Shown here one piece after another: positions 44,916 to 56,720 of a DNA stretch of 64,000 bases. The first letter of the stretch is position 1. Every line of letters starts with the position of its first letter. The notes beneath the pieces are model-generated. The model worked only from the letters and a program-made list of their open reading frames with translations, had not been told where the DNA came from and searched no databases. Source of the stretch: Eledone cirrhosa (taxonomy: Eukaryota); the NCBI GenBank assembly GCA_964016885.1, contig OZ024740.1, positions 142,538,001 through 142,602,000 of the forward strand, read 5' to 3'. Both the position numbers and the translations under genes were made by a program.

Positions 44916-45000
44916 ATTTGCGCTACGGTTCTTATATATTTGATATATATTTATCCTTATCGAGCCCTCTTTGGATTTTAGTCTTCAAATTTATTATTAT

Positions 45001-45036
<36 letters not shown>

Positions 45037-45039
45037 GAC

Positions 45040-45700
45040 ACAAAAGCGCTACCTAAGGTTTCAAGGTCCAATTTTAACCATCTTCTTAGATTTTAAAAGC
45101 GATCAAATGTGTGACTTAGTCGTCAGGTGCTAGGTCGTGTTTGAAGATACCATTAAAAATATAGCATGTTAAACTCTTCTTTATGAAAATGTACTATCAG
45201 TACCTTCCGAATAATATTATCAAGGACACCTTTCTTCTTTAATTGCCAGGCTCTTTTTTGCCAATGCTGTGCTGATTCTTAAATCAGGATTCCTGAAGGA
45301 GTAAAGATGCGAGTAAAATCTTTTTTAAAACGATCTTGCATATATTTTGCTAGCTTTAGACTTTTCTCTGATATGTTGACGGAATTGCGATTGAAGATTT
45401 TATTGGGTTTATGTTATGGTGAGAAATGTCTATTGGATTTGTGTTATGGTGAGAAATGTCTATCTATTAGAGCTAAAAACTTCTTATCTACAGTAGTCTT
45501 TACGTTAAGGGAAAAAGGGGTACGAATCATATAATTCTTCTTTTCCTGTTAGTATTTTTAGTATGGTTAGGTTGGGATTGTTTGGGTGTGTACTTATTGT
45601 TATCCTTAAAACCGCTATCTAGGAGGGCTTCGTTGTACTGTGGCCGAGCCTTATCGAATATCTGACTCAATGTATCAGCTCTCATACCTGATGGAGTAGT
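45040..45700 (-). mobile_element. Penelope-like element fragment (GIY-YIG endonuclease C-terminal region)
   Basis: Minus strand, with frameshift: STALAK-RAWQLKKKG...IIRKVL, matching the PLE 'ST.LS...W.LK......I.W.I' pattern. Confidence 0.55.
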
Positions 45701-45750
45701 TTTCTTTGTTTTTCTTTTTCACATCCACCGATATTTTACTACACACACAC

Positions 45751-45787
<37 letters not shown>

Positions 45788-46984
45788 GATATTTTACTAC
45801 ACACACGCATCCACAAACACATGCCTCGAAAGGGTTTTACAGATTTATTGCGAATATAATTTATGATAATCATAGCTTCGATGAAAACATTGCACTGAAA
45901 TATATACTGAAAAAAATTATCTTTTTGATAAATTTGAAATAAAGAAGTGAAGTATGTTTTTGTATTTCATATAGTTATTTAGCTTAACATTTAAAGACTA
46001 CATTATCATTGATGGAAGTAGATGTTAGTTTACAGCATACAGAAAAGGAAGGAGTAGTTGGCATATAGGAAATAGAAATGTACTTAAATAGCCGTAATTC
46101 CTGCAATACAGAAAAAGCATAGTGAAAGACCCATTAACCGGTTGAGTGAGGTTAATCGACAAATGACAGCAATTTGAAGCATAAAGCGAAGAAGCTTAAA
46201 ATTCCGTTACATTCACTAACCGTGCTTTTATATGCGTAGTATGTTCATACAGACAGTTAATCGAAAAATGTCTTGAATTTGCTCACTTATGCACTAGCAG
46301 AAGAATTATTGAGGCGGTTGGAGGAGCTGCTAATCTATAGCGGAAAATCAAAATGTTTAAAATCTATACGACTGACTTTTCATACGAGTTTTCCAAGGAC
46401 TCTCACTACCTGAAAGATCAACGGCCAGAAGGAAGTCAGTGAGCTAATGTTTCTAACCAAAATTTGTCTGATCTAATTCATTGAATTGAAGACAACGCAT
46501 ATCGGGGAAAGTTAATACATCTTCTATTACAATGATTTTTATACTGCTTGGCTAGCTTTTCATACATGTTAACAATCCATTGGGACACAGGTCAGGTTAC
46601 TCGCTCCATGTGGAAAGGTCAATATGATTAATTAGCCAGCGTAAACTTCAATTTAAAACCCGAGTGCCTATTTCTAATCCGTGTAGTCAAGTGACTCAGA
46701 GATTGTGACAAAAACATTTTCCAAAACTTAAATGATGCAATGAAATATAATGGGGAAACAATGATATTATTTCTAAGGTCAATTTTACCTTTCATCTTTC
46801 CCAGAGATCAATAAAATAAAATACCAGTTCAATATGGGGCTTAATTTAATCGACGTTTCCCAAAACATTTGTTGGCTTTGTGTCTATATTAGAAACTATT
46901 ATAATTATCATACGATCCGTGTCGTGTTAAGCCGGAAGGTCACTGAAGCGTTGTAATGAGCACCGTGTATATATATGTATATTC

Positions 46985-47440
46985 TTGATCCGGGACCTTG
47001 AAATCACTCACGGAGGAGGAACCCCTCCCTCGACTCCTTCCACCGACTTCTGTTCTTTGCCATTCTTGGCTATGAGGGTCTCAGGTGGTTGGTGAGGTCA
47101 TCTCGCCACCTTGTCCTTGGATGTCCTTTTTGATCTTGTCCATTTTCTTGGTGTCCACTCTGTCACTCTGATCGTCCATCTGTTGTCACTGAGTCGCGAG
47201 ATGTGGCCAGCCCGTCTGTGTTTGTTTGTCTTGATGGTTGTTATTATGTCGCCGACTCCAGTTTGTTGTCGGATCCAAGTGTTCTACTTGTCACACAGCA
47301 CGATACCCAACATGATGCGCTCCATCTTTCGCTGGGCGACAATAAGTATGTTCTTCATGGTGTTATACAGGTCTCACTGCCATACGTCATCATTGGCAAG
47401 ATGTGCTCATTGAAAATGTTCCGCTTTATTCTCATGGAAG
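46985..47440 (-). mobile_element. RTE-clade LINE 3' fragment(s)
   Basis: Minus strand KHRRAGHISRLSDNRWTIRVTEWTPRKWTR. Confidence 0.75.
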
Positions 47441-47980
47441 GATTCATAAACACTAATAAGAAGCTAGACACGACATGTCATGTTCGCTTGCTTTACATCG
47501 AGATAGTACTATTTTACCAGCGGCATATAAACATACCAACATAACTACTTCACGTAATTGTGTTAGCATCTGGTGACTTTACATTAATGCCTATTAATGA
47601 TGTAACCACTAAGACAGCATTTAAGCATAACTAGGTGTATATGAAAACATGTTTAAACATATACTATACGTTTATATAAATATTTTTCGTAACAAAAAAA
47701 TTCACTTTTTCTATTTTCCTATGTGAATATGTCACAGTTGCCAGTACTGTCAAACATTCCAGACAGCGCTGTTTCAAGAAATGTTAATCTTCCATCAGTG
47801 ACAATCACTTAAAATGTAGTGGCATGGAAATAGACTGTACACTATATAACATTTTGCGTGATGAACTCGTGTAACTGTGTGCTATATTCAGAGGAAAATA
47901 GAGAAACAATTTTTTTCGTTACGAAAAAATATTTTTCTTTGATAAAGAGACTACCTATATGCTTATATGTTTTCATATAC

Positions 47981-48027
<47 letters not shown>

Positions 48028-48033
<6 letters not shown>

Positions 48034-48446
48034 ATACTTTGGGAGGGTCATGTTGCCAATAAGAAACACACGCACCAGTTGCTTTCACTTCAATTTATTA
48101 TAAATATCCGGTTGGTTGGTTCCACAACCGGATGGTTGTTCATATATTGTCAAAGTTCTTTCGTCACACATTCTGTGACCTCTTCAGTGACTGGGGATTT
48201 TTTCTTTGTTTTGTGCTTCTCCTTTGTTCTGTCCTACGCCATCTTGTTTTTGTGTGTGAACTCACAAAACAAATAAAAAAATCCCCAGTCACTGAAGAGG
48301 TCACAGAATGTGTGACGAAAGAACTTTGACAATATATGAACAACCATCCGGTTGTGGAACCAACCAACCAACCGGATATTTATAATAAATTGAAGTGAAA
48401 GCACTGGTGCGTGTGTTTCTTATTGGCCCTCCCAAAGTATAACAAT
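48028..48446. mobile_element. Fold-back element family B with a hammerhead on both arms
   Basis: ~175-bp arms are near-perfectly inverted. GTCA-CTGAAGA-gGTCAC agaatgt GTGAC-GAAAG aa CTT^TGAC at 48288-48330, mirror at 48147-48191. Confidence 0.85.
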
Positions 48447-48471
48447 ATCGGTTTTAACACACGTTTTCAGA

Positions 48472-48506
<35 letters not shown>

Positions 48507-48509
48507 TTT

Positions 48510-49290
48510 AACGAAGGGTATGAATAAGAAAGAAATAGTTATATAATGGATAGTATGGTAATATGTATAGAATAGATATGTTGGTTATTTAGTTGTTATG
48601 ATAATAACAATGTTGTTAGAAGAGATAACATGAATATAATATAAGAATATTAAGAATAGGAAGAATATATGATTTGATTTATATAGTTTACTTCACGTGA
48701 ATTAATTAAGAAGTACAATAAAAAGGTTACCATAAGTTGCAAAGATTGACAATATTATTTTGTTGTTGGAGTGTAGGCTGTTGTAGTCTGTTGTTGTTGG
48801 TGGTGTTAAAACAGCGAGTTACAGATAATTGTTGTTGTTGGAATTCGTGGTAATAGTTGTTAGACCGTGTTAGTTAGAGAGTATGGTATGTATAGCTCTG
48901 AATGGTCTGTAGTAACTGAGAAATACCGTGAACTGCATACAGCGGGGAATCTTCCACATTTGTGTTCTGTATGGCAGGGTTCCAATCGCTCTGGGTGTAT
49001 CTGTAGTCTTCATGGGGTCTGTTGAATAGTGGTGAATCTTTACATAGCTTGTTCTGTAGTGGGGTGGTCCGATGTCTCTGGCTGTAGACCACTGGAGGTC
49101 TATTGATAGCAGTAAATCCTTACATATTTAGTTGTATATCCTATCGCTTCGATGTCTCTGTGTGGAATTGCTTGTACATGGTCTGTATATAGCTGTCACT
49201 TCCTGTCTCCCAACCTGAACTTGTTAACACAATAAATGTGGTGACCTAAATTTTGATCTCTAGGTATCACCCAAAGTTCAATGACGGACA
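48510..49290 (-). mobile_element. Probable degenerate Penelope-like fragment
   Basis: Strand-skewed A/C-rich minus strand, Cys/His cluster PCHTEHKCG..C, flanked by (TA)n; ends CCTTCGTTA like family A. Confidence 0.35.
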
Positions 49291-49298
49291 GATTTCGC

Positions 49299-49346
<48 letters not shown>

Positions 49347-49546
49347 CAAATAACGAAACGAAATTAAATTTCGTTTCGTTTGTAACTCACTTTTGTATGA
49401 CTGACGCTTAAACAATTAAGTCAAAAATGTACATCCACATATGTATACTGAAATACTAGTATGCATATGAATACACACACGTGTACATATGTAGATGTAC
49501 TGCATACTAGTATTTCAGTATACATATGTGGATGTACATTTTTGAC

Positions 49547-49606
<60 letters not shown>

Positions 49607-49609
<3 letters not shown>

Positions 49610-49763
49610 CGAAGGAGGTGTGGTAAGGAACCAGATGGACTATAACGCACCAGAGTACTCAATACTTAAGGTAGTAGAGTGGGTAATAGGAAAATGTTTG
49701 ACCCCGACGGCAGAGCTCAAGCCGTTTCGACGGCTATTTCTGGACTGAGTCCAGAAATAGCCT
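49607..49763 (-). mobile_element. Fold-back element family A copy
   Basis: TAACGAAGGAGGTGTGGTAAGGAACCAG...GGCTATTTCTGGACTGAGTCCAGAAATAGCC. Confidence 0.85.
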
Positions 49764-49999
49764 ATATATATACAGAGAGAGAGAAAGTGGAATTGGAAAT
49801 AGCACGAAAAATATATTTAAAGGATCTGTTTTTCTTTTTTTCTTCTTTGATTCGTCAAAGTGACATTATTGAAAGAATGAGAGGAACAATTTTTTTTATC
49901 AATCGCGAAACCTGCGTCACATCTGAATAAACTTAATGACACCTCGTCCATACTTATCATTAATTTATATATATATATATATATATACTGTATATATAT

Positions 50000-50158
<159 letters not shown>

Positions 50159-50392
50159 GTTTTGAAATTTATTTTTTCCAAATTAATCTAAGTGTAGAAT
50201 TATTTATACATACATATTGCAGTGAAATACAAAATGCTTTGCTACATCTTAAATCGTGTACTGGATAAGGAGAACAACTGAATCCATCTACCTAATTTAA
50301 TGTGAACCTCTAGAAATATTTTCAAGTGGAACAGGATTTATGTTATCTCCTGCTGGTTCACATCAAACTTCGATCGAACGATCTTTAAAAAT

Positions 50393-50476
<84 letters not shown>

Positions 50477-51041
50477 GAAAAGTATAGAAATTGTTGTAGC
50501 GAGAAGCTAACAGTATTCCATAACATGTATGCGACTATAGCGTCAAAATGGGAAAATAGTTAATATAAGATATGGGAAAAATAATTCAGACTCAATTCAA
50601 AAAGAATCAGGATATAGATTTATCCAACAGAGTTTAGAGAAATCCAGGGAAAAATCAATAGAGCCTTAACTCATGATAAAACAAAGTCTAAAGTACTCAA
50701 CCTTCAATTTGGGACAACTTCAAATGCTCTGTATAGTCTTGAAAATACTATTTCACGAAAACTTTCAGTGGAGATGGTCACGGTTGGATTTCGTTCCTCA
50801 GCAGAGATCAACATGGTAACCAAGGTCTCACTGGTAATATGCCAAAAAGGGAATTTATAAGCAGGCTAGTTTAACATCATGCGTGGTTATTAAAACAAAC
50901 GCATATGTGGAAAAACAGGGCTGGTGACGTCAGAATGAGACAAATGTTTGTTTATATATATATATTATATATATTATATTATGTATATTATATTATGTAT
51001 ACTCATATATATTATATTATGTATACTCACACACTCACACA

Positions 51042-51174
51042 CAGGCTGGTGCAAAAGTCGCGCACCAGTAAAGTAACACTTTCTTATAACATCTTCATGT
51101 TTGTTATTTTTGTAAATAAATGTATTAGATGTTCGTCAAAAATTAGGGTGGTGCGGGACTTTTACGCCACCCTG
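51042..51174. mobile_element. Tc1/mariner-like MITE
   Basis: TIR CAGGCTGGTGCAAAAGTCGCGCACCA / TGGTGCGGGACTTTTACGCCACCCTG followed by TA. Confidence 0.7.
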
Positions 51175-51572
51175 TATATATATGTAATACACACACACAC
51201 ACGCACATATATATATGTGTGTGTGTGTGAGTGTGAGTGTGAGTGTGTGTGTGTGTATGTGTATGTGTGCGTGTGTGTTTATATATATATATATATTTGA
51301 ACAAAACAAAATATATTTCTGAAATGACGTGGGTATTGCGAGCGTGCGTGTATTACTTGTTTAATATAGCCGTAAATTTATAAAGTCTAGAAAATATAAA
51401 AAAATATTTCTCTTTTTAATTCATAAGTACGACTATTAAATCGATAGTTAAAAAATGAATACAAGTCATATATTTAAAATATTTCAGAAAAAAATAGGCG
51501 GCAGCGGCGGTAGAGGAGATGGTGGTGATGGTGGTGTTTGGTTGTGGTGGTGGTGGCAACAGCAGCAGCACC

Positions 51573-51642
<70 letters not shown>

Positions 51643-52219
51643 AAATGGATCAGTCACTTGCACTTTCGTGAATATCGATTTCTTACAGATGCAAGAGCCT
51701 TCAAATTCGGAGGAGAGTTATATTTGATTGCATGGACCTCAATACTTAACTGGTACATATGTTATCGTCCATATAAAGTTGAATGTCAAAGTCAACCTTG
51801 GCGGGATTTCAGCTTGGATTGTGGAGGTCGGTAAATAGAACTAATGTGAAACAAGGTCGAAATAAGCAATCTTTCATCTTGATTCAGTGAATAATGTATA
51901 GTATGGACCAGTAACTCCCGAGGAAGTCGTTGAGACGCCATATTAACATACGGCGCTTCTAGTGCATTTTTAAACCTGGCGGAGCCCATCCCATACCTGG
52001 CCTGGGTACAGCAGATTTCTTCCCAGAGAAGGATACAGAGAGTGAGAAAGAGACGTAGAGGAAGAACCGACCCCAATAAGTGACTGGTACTTTTTTAATC
52101 GACCTCGAATGGATGAAAGACAAGATTGACTTCGTTGTATGGTTACAAAATGTAAAAACACTAATAGACATATGATAGTATATCTATATGTGTGGGAGGT
52201 GTAAATACATACATATATT

Positions 52220-53700
52220 AATACAAAGTGTTAAAACGATCAAATTTTAGTTTAGAACATTTATTAGCTGACAATTGTTTCTTCCAGAGGGAAGTCTGGA
52301 ATCATCGGAGCATAAGGAATGTCGAAAACGTGTAACTAGAATCCTAGTCATTTAGAACACTTAGGGTACATAATTGTTATTAGTGTCAAAGGCATCATGT
52401 GGAGAGTCAGGAGTTAAAAAGATGTTCCGCTTGAAATAACACAATTACAGGCAGCACTGGTTGGAAGTGTAATAGGTATAATTAAAAGTAAAAACACAAG
52501 CAAAAAAATCACAAGCAAAAAAACACAGGCAAAGAAGTTATAAGCAAGGACGATTGGTGTACAATGCAGGAGTCAATACAGTCAATAATGCATGTATGAG
52601 GAAAGAGTTATAATGCAGTTGAAATAAACATATTTTGTGGGGTGTTAAAGCATGTTATATTTGTTATAAATGTTTAAGATAGTGTGCAATTTGTTAGAGA
52701 GGGATGTGGTGATAATGTACGTATTTTTTTATGTAATGTAAAGCACTAGATAGACTTGGGTATGTGATTTTCATTTAAGTGTTTTTGTGTTGTAGTTCGT
52801 ATTTATGAGCATGTGTTGTTTGTTACTCACAGCTATTAACCATGGGATTATTTTAAGTCGTTTATAGTCAATAGGTGTTTGTTTGTTAAATGTAAATTCC
52901 TCCGAATTACTGGCCATGTTGTTATTGTAGGTATATTATTAAGCTGTTGGTAAACCGTTAGGTTGCTTAATTTTATAAGTTTACGCAGGAAGTTGTAAAG
53001 GGGATTAATAACAAAGGGAGGTAATTAATCTTGTTGATAAATTAAGGGTTGTTATAATATTGTGGTAGTGTTATGAATTAATCTATATAGAGTATATAAA
53101 ATATAAAATATTCATGGTTATATAATTGCTATCTTTTAAACTTGTGCGGAGGGGGTTAAAAACATTTTTTTAATTTAGTTTATTATAACTAGATAGTATT
53201 TACATAGTTAGTATATGCATGTATAATATAAGGTATATACATATGTGTGATAATATATATATACATTCAAACATACTGATTGTGTAGAGATAGTTGAAGT
53301 TTTTTCATGACAGGATAGTGAGTTGCATAATATACACTGGAGTAATTGGAGTTATATACACAGTTGTCTGCTATTTAGTTGGTGTTGTATATTGGGAGTT
53401 TATTAGGGCGTCTATATCATTTAAATCTTTTAATTGTATAAAGTAATAGATCAAACAGGTGTTTATTGACTGTATGTAGGTCAGTGTGGTATTTTAATTA
53501 AAGTGTAGTCCTATATTCATGAAGGTCTAGTTGGTTAAATTAAATTTGTGGTCTAGTGTTATCTCCGACATTGGTCTTTATTTTTATTTTATTATTAGTT
53601 GTTAGGTTTGAAGTAGTTGAACGAGAATCTATGGTAATGCGGACACGTGTAGAAGATCTCTGATTTCCTATTTAGTAGGCTAAGGTTAGAGTGAATAATA
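52220..53700 (-). mobile_element. Degenerate Penelope-like element ending in a hammerhead
   Basis: A-rich minus strand; NFNYLYTI (DF..LYT.I-like) near 53285-53305; 3' hammerhead at 52267-52311. Confidence 0.55.
52267..52311 (-). ncRNA. Minimal hammerhead motif with variant core CCGAUGA
   Basis: Minus strand: GCT-CCGATGA-TTCCAGA cttccc TCTGGAA-GAAA-CAATTG-TC^AGC. Confidence 0.7.
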
Positions 53701-53701
53701 T

Positions 53702-54855
53702 TTTCAGACCCGAACAGCAGCACAGACTCCACTACAGCAATGAAGAGGCGGATCTTCAGGCCCCACGAAGGCCCGTCCTCCACACCGATCCCAAGCCGCG
53801 GCACGCCACCCAGACCCCCACCACCCCCACCACCACCACACCATTCTCCGTATTCCCAATCCCCGCCTCCAGACACAGGAAGTCCTCAACCAACTCTAGC
53901 CTACATTAGTGATCCCCTCTGGCTTCTCAACATTCTCTACCAGATATTTTGTTTTAGTCTCAATCATCGACACAGTCCCAACCTCCTGCATCAAACCTCT
54001 GCCTCCCCCACCGTATTTGTCACCAAAACTATGTCGTCGGCAAATTCAGCATCTGATATCTTTTTCGCCTTAACTCTCCTGCTCTGAGCCGATGCTACAG
54101 TAAAGCCAGAGTCCTGGTGTTTCTCCATTGCAAGGCGCATACAATAGTCCACTATGATGATAAAAAGGTAGGGAGCCTATGTATCTCCCTGGAGCACTCC
54201 AGCCAGCATCCCAAAGAACTCCGTCATCCCATCAGATGCAATGACTCGGGCTTTGGTGTTGGTGTAGAGCAGTGATATCAGGTCCACTATCTTCATCAGG
54301 CAGTGACGGTCCACAGAATCAAAGGCCTTCCTAAAGTCAATGAAAACCATGACCGCAGGAAGGCACTTTGCTCTAGCTCCCTCCAACATCCTCCCCAGCA
54401 TCAGGATGCGACCGGCGGTCGATCCTCCCTCTCCGAAGCCGCCCCGGCCGCCCCCAAGCCTCCCCTCCACCCCAGGCCAAATCCCGCTAAGAATCATCCC
54501 GGCGGGGGTCCCCGCCACAACGCCACAAGCGACGCCAGTGAGATCCCCCCTGCAGCCGTCAGTGCCAGAGAGATCCCCCGGCACTGGGACGATTCCACCG
54601 ATCCCCACTGACTCTGGCAACAACAACAACCCCCCCCCCCCCCTCCAGCGCCCGGCCACAGAACCCCAGGACGACATCATCAAAATCACACCTCTTCATC
54701 ACCTCCGATGCCACTCCATCTTCTCCATGAGCCCTGCCCTCCCTGATATTCTTCTTGGCTCTCTGAAGCTCCCCCCCCCCCGGTGAAGGGCTCTGTCTCA
54801 ATATCCAGTTCTTCAAACAGCCGCCTGATCTGCCCAGTGCTCTGGGCTGTGGAAG
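53702..54855 (-). mobile_element. RTE-clade LINE RT fragment with clustered A-to-G hypermutation
   Basis: Intact motifs PAVMVFIDFRKAFDSV, GVLQGDT, EFADDIV, LKIRLFIA.VESVLLFGSE. Interspersed Gly-rich blocks are explicable by A>G changes. Confidence 0.9.
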
Positions 54856-54864
54856 GTGTAGTCA

Positions 54865-54944
<80 letters not shown>

Positions 54945-54946
<2 letters not shown>

Positions 54947-55770
54947 AGTAAAATGTCCTCATCAGTAGTCTGCTGATTATCGTTGGTATTTCGACGCATT
55001 AAAGACTAGATACCTAAAATCAGTGCGAGCAATAACTCAATTAAGTTATCGGGACAGTGGGAAAACAGAGGGAAGAAAACAAACACATGGTGGTATGCAA
55101 CGTAAAGAGAGGAATATAGAGACAAGTCAATGAATCCTGTGGGCTTAAGTCCGATAAATCAAATTGACGAGGAGAAATAGACACGTCCGAGCCGCGAGAA
55201 GATTGAGAGAGGAAAGAAATTCAAGCAGGTCAGACGGGAGGAAGTGAGAGAGAGAGGGAGAAGCAGAGAGGGGGTGAGTGAAAGTGGGAGGAAGGGGCCA
55301 GCCGAGAGTGAGTGACCAGCAGCGGGAGTTGAGGAAGGCAAGAGGTGAAGGAAAGAGAAAAGATGATAGCAGTAAAGTGACAGAAAAAATACGAACCACA
55401 ACGAAGGGAAAAAATATGTGAATGAAGAATGGCGTGCTGCGTTGTTGCGAACATGAACACATGAATAAAAATAGACAAGGGGTAAAATGTCCTCATCAGT
55501 AGTCTGCTGGATTCTGCAGGATTCATTGACTTGTCTCTATTTTCCTCTCTTTACGTTGCATACCACCATGTGTTTGTTTCCTTCCCTCTGTTTTCCCACT
55601 GTCCCGATAACTTAATTGAGTTATCGTTCGCACTGATTTTAGGTATCTAGTCTTTAATGTGTCGAAATACCAACGATTATCAGCAGACTACTGATGAGGA
55701 CATTTTACCCCTTGTCTATTTTTATTCATATGTTCATGTTTTCAACAACGCAGCACGCCATTCTTCATTC

Positions 55771-55772
<2 letters not shown>
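54945..55772. mobile_element. ~535-bp unit with direct terminal repeat plus fold-back copy; hammerhead-like core
   Basis: GTAAAATGTCCTCATCAGTAGTCTGCTG at 54948 and 55482. 55518-55708 is inverted relative to 54948-55139, and 55681-55771 relative to 55419-55509. Confidence 0.75.
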
Positions 55773-55821
<49 letters not shown>

Positions 55822-55942
55822 TATATATGACTACACCCTTGGAAGGCTTGCTGAACACACAAGCCGAAACCGCTAAACGCCGCGGTCGGGTTTTTACATA
55901 TATATATATATATATACATATGTGTGTGTGTATGTGTGTATT

Positions 55943-56021
<79 letters not shown>

Positions 56022-56169
56022 AAAAAGTATACAGAAATAACAAAGCAAACGACACAGAACAATGAAGAAATTTATTAGTTTAACGCTTAAAATAATAGGG
56101 AAATAGTCTTAGCATTTCCTACATTTGTTCTTCATGAGAAATAAAAGATGAAATAAAAATATAAAGAGT

Positions 56170-56720
56170 GGGAAGAGGAAGAAACGAGGGGGGGGGGACA
56201 CCCATGCGTGTTCAGTCAGCGCTAGCCGGTCACTTTTTTCTCTCGGAGTATTTTGTAATACCGATTTTCTAGCGCTATTATTTATAGCAATCGACTGTGT
56301 TTACAGTTATTTTCTGTGTTCGAGTTTTTTTAGTTTTTATTTTGTTTAAGAATTATAATCCACTCATTGTTTATTTACTTATGGTGTTACATTTAAAACT
56401 ATCCTTTAGATTCTATATAGATGCTAATTGTTGTTAGGGCTCGTTTAACTCAATGGTACAAAGTACTCAGTCAGAATTCGAGATATATAGAGATCGTTTC
56501 TCTGTAGCCGTTGCTGTCCACTTTTTTTCGTCTATTAGGGTACTTGTTTTTCTAAAGATATTCTTTATAGAAATCGACTGTTCGTTCCTCACACAAACAT
56601 CAAACCGACAGAGATATTTATTTCTCCGTTGCAAGAGCCATCTATTTTACGTAGTACTTTTAGTTAAATCGTCAAAGCCACAGGTGGTTTAAAAGCTCCT
56701 TTCTTCTTATCACTTCTGCG
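56170..56720 (+). promoter_or_regulatory. Putative promoter/first-exon region of a host gene
   Basis: Repeat-free, CpG-retaining segment followed by abrupt CpG depletion and T-skewed plus strand; inference only. Confidence 0.4.

Noticed and set aside
54340-54786. Proline-rich plus-strand ORFs (also 53740-54087)
   Set aside because: Antisense shadow of the A>G hypermutated LINE (T>C on the plus strand creates CCN codons).
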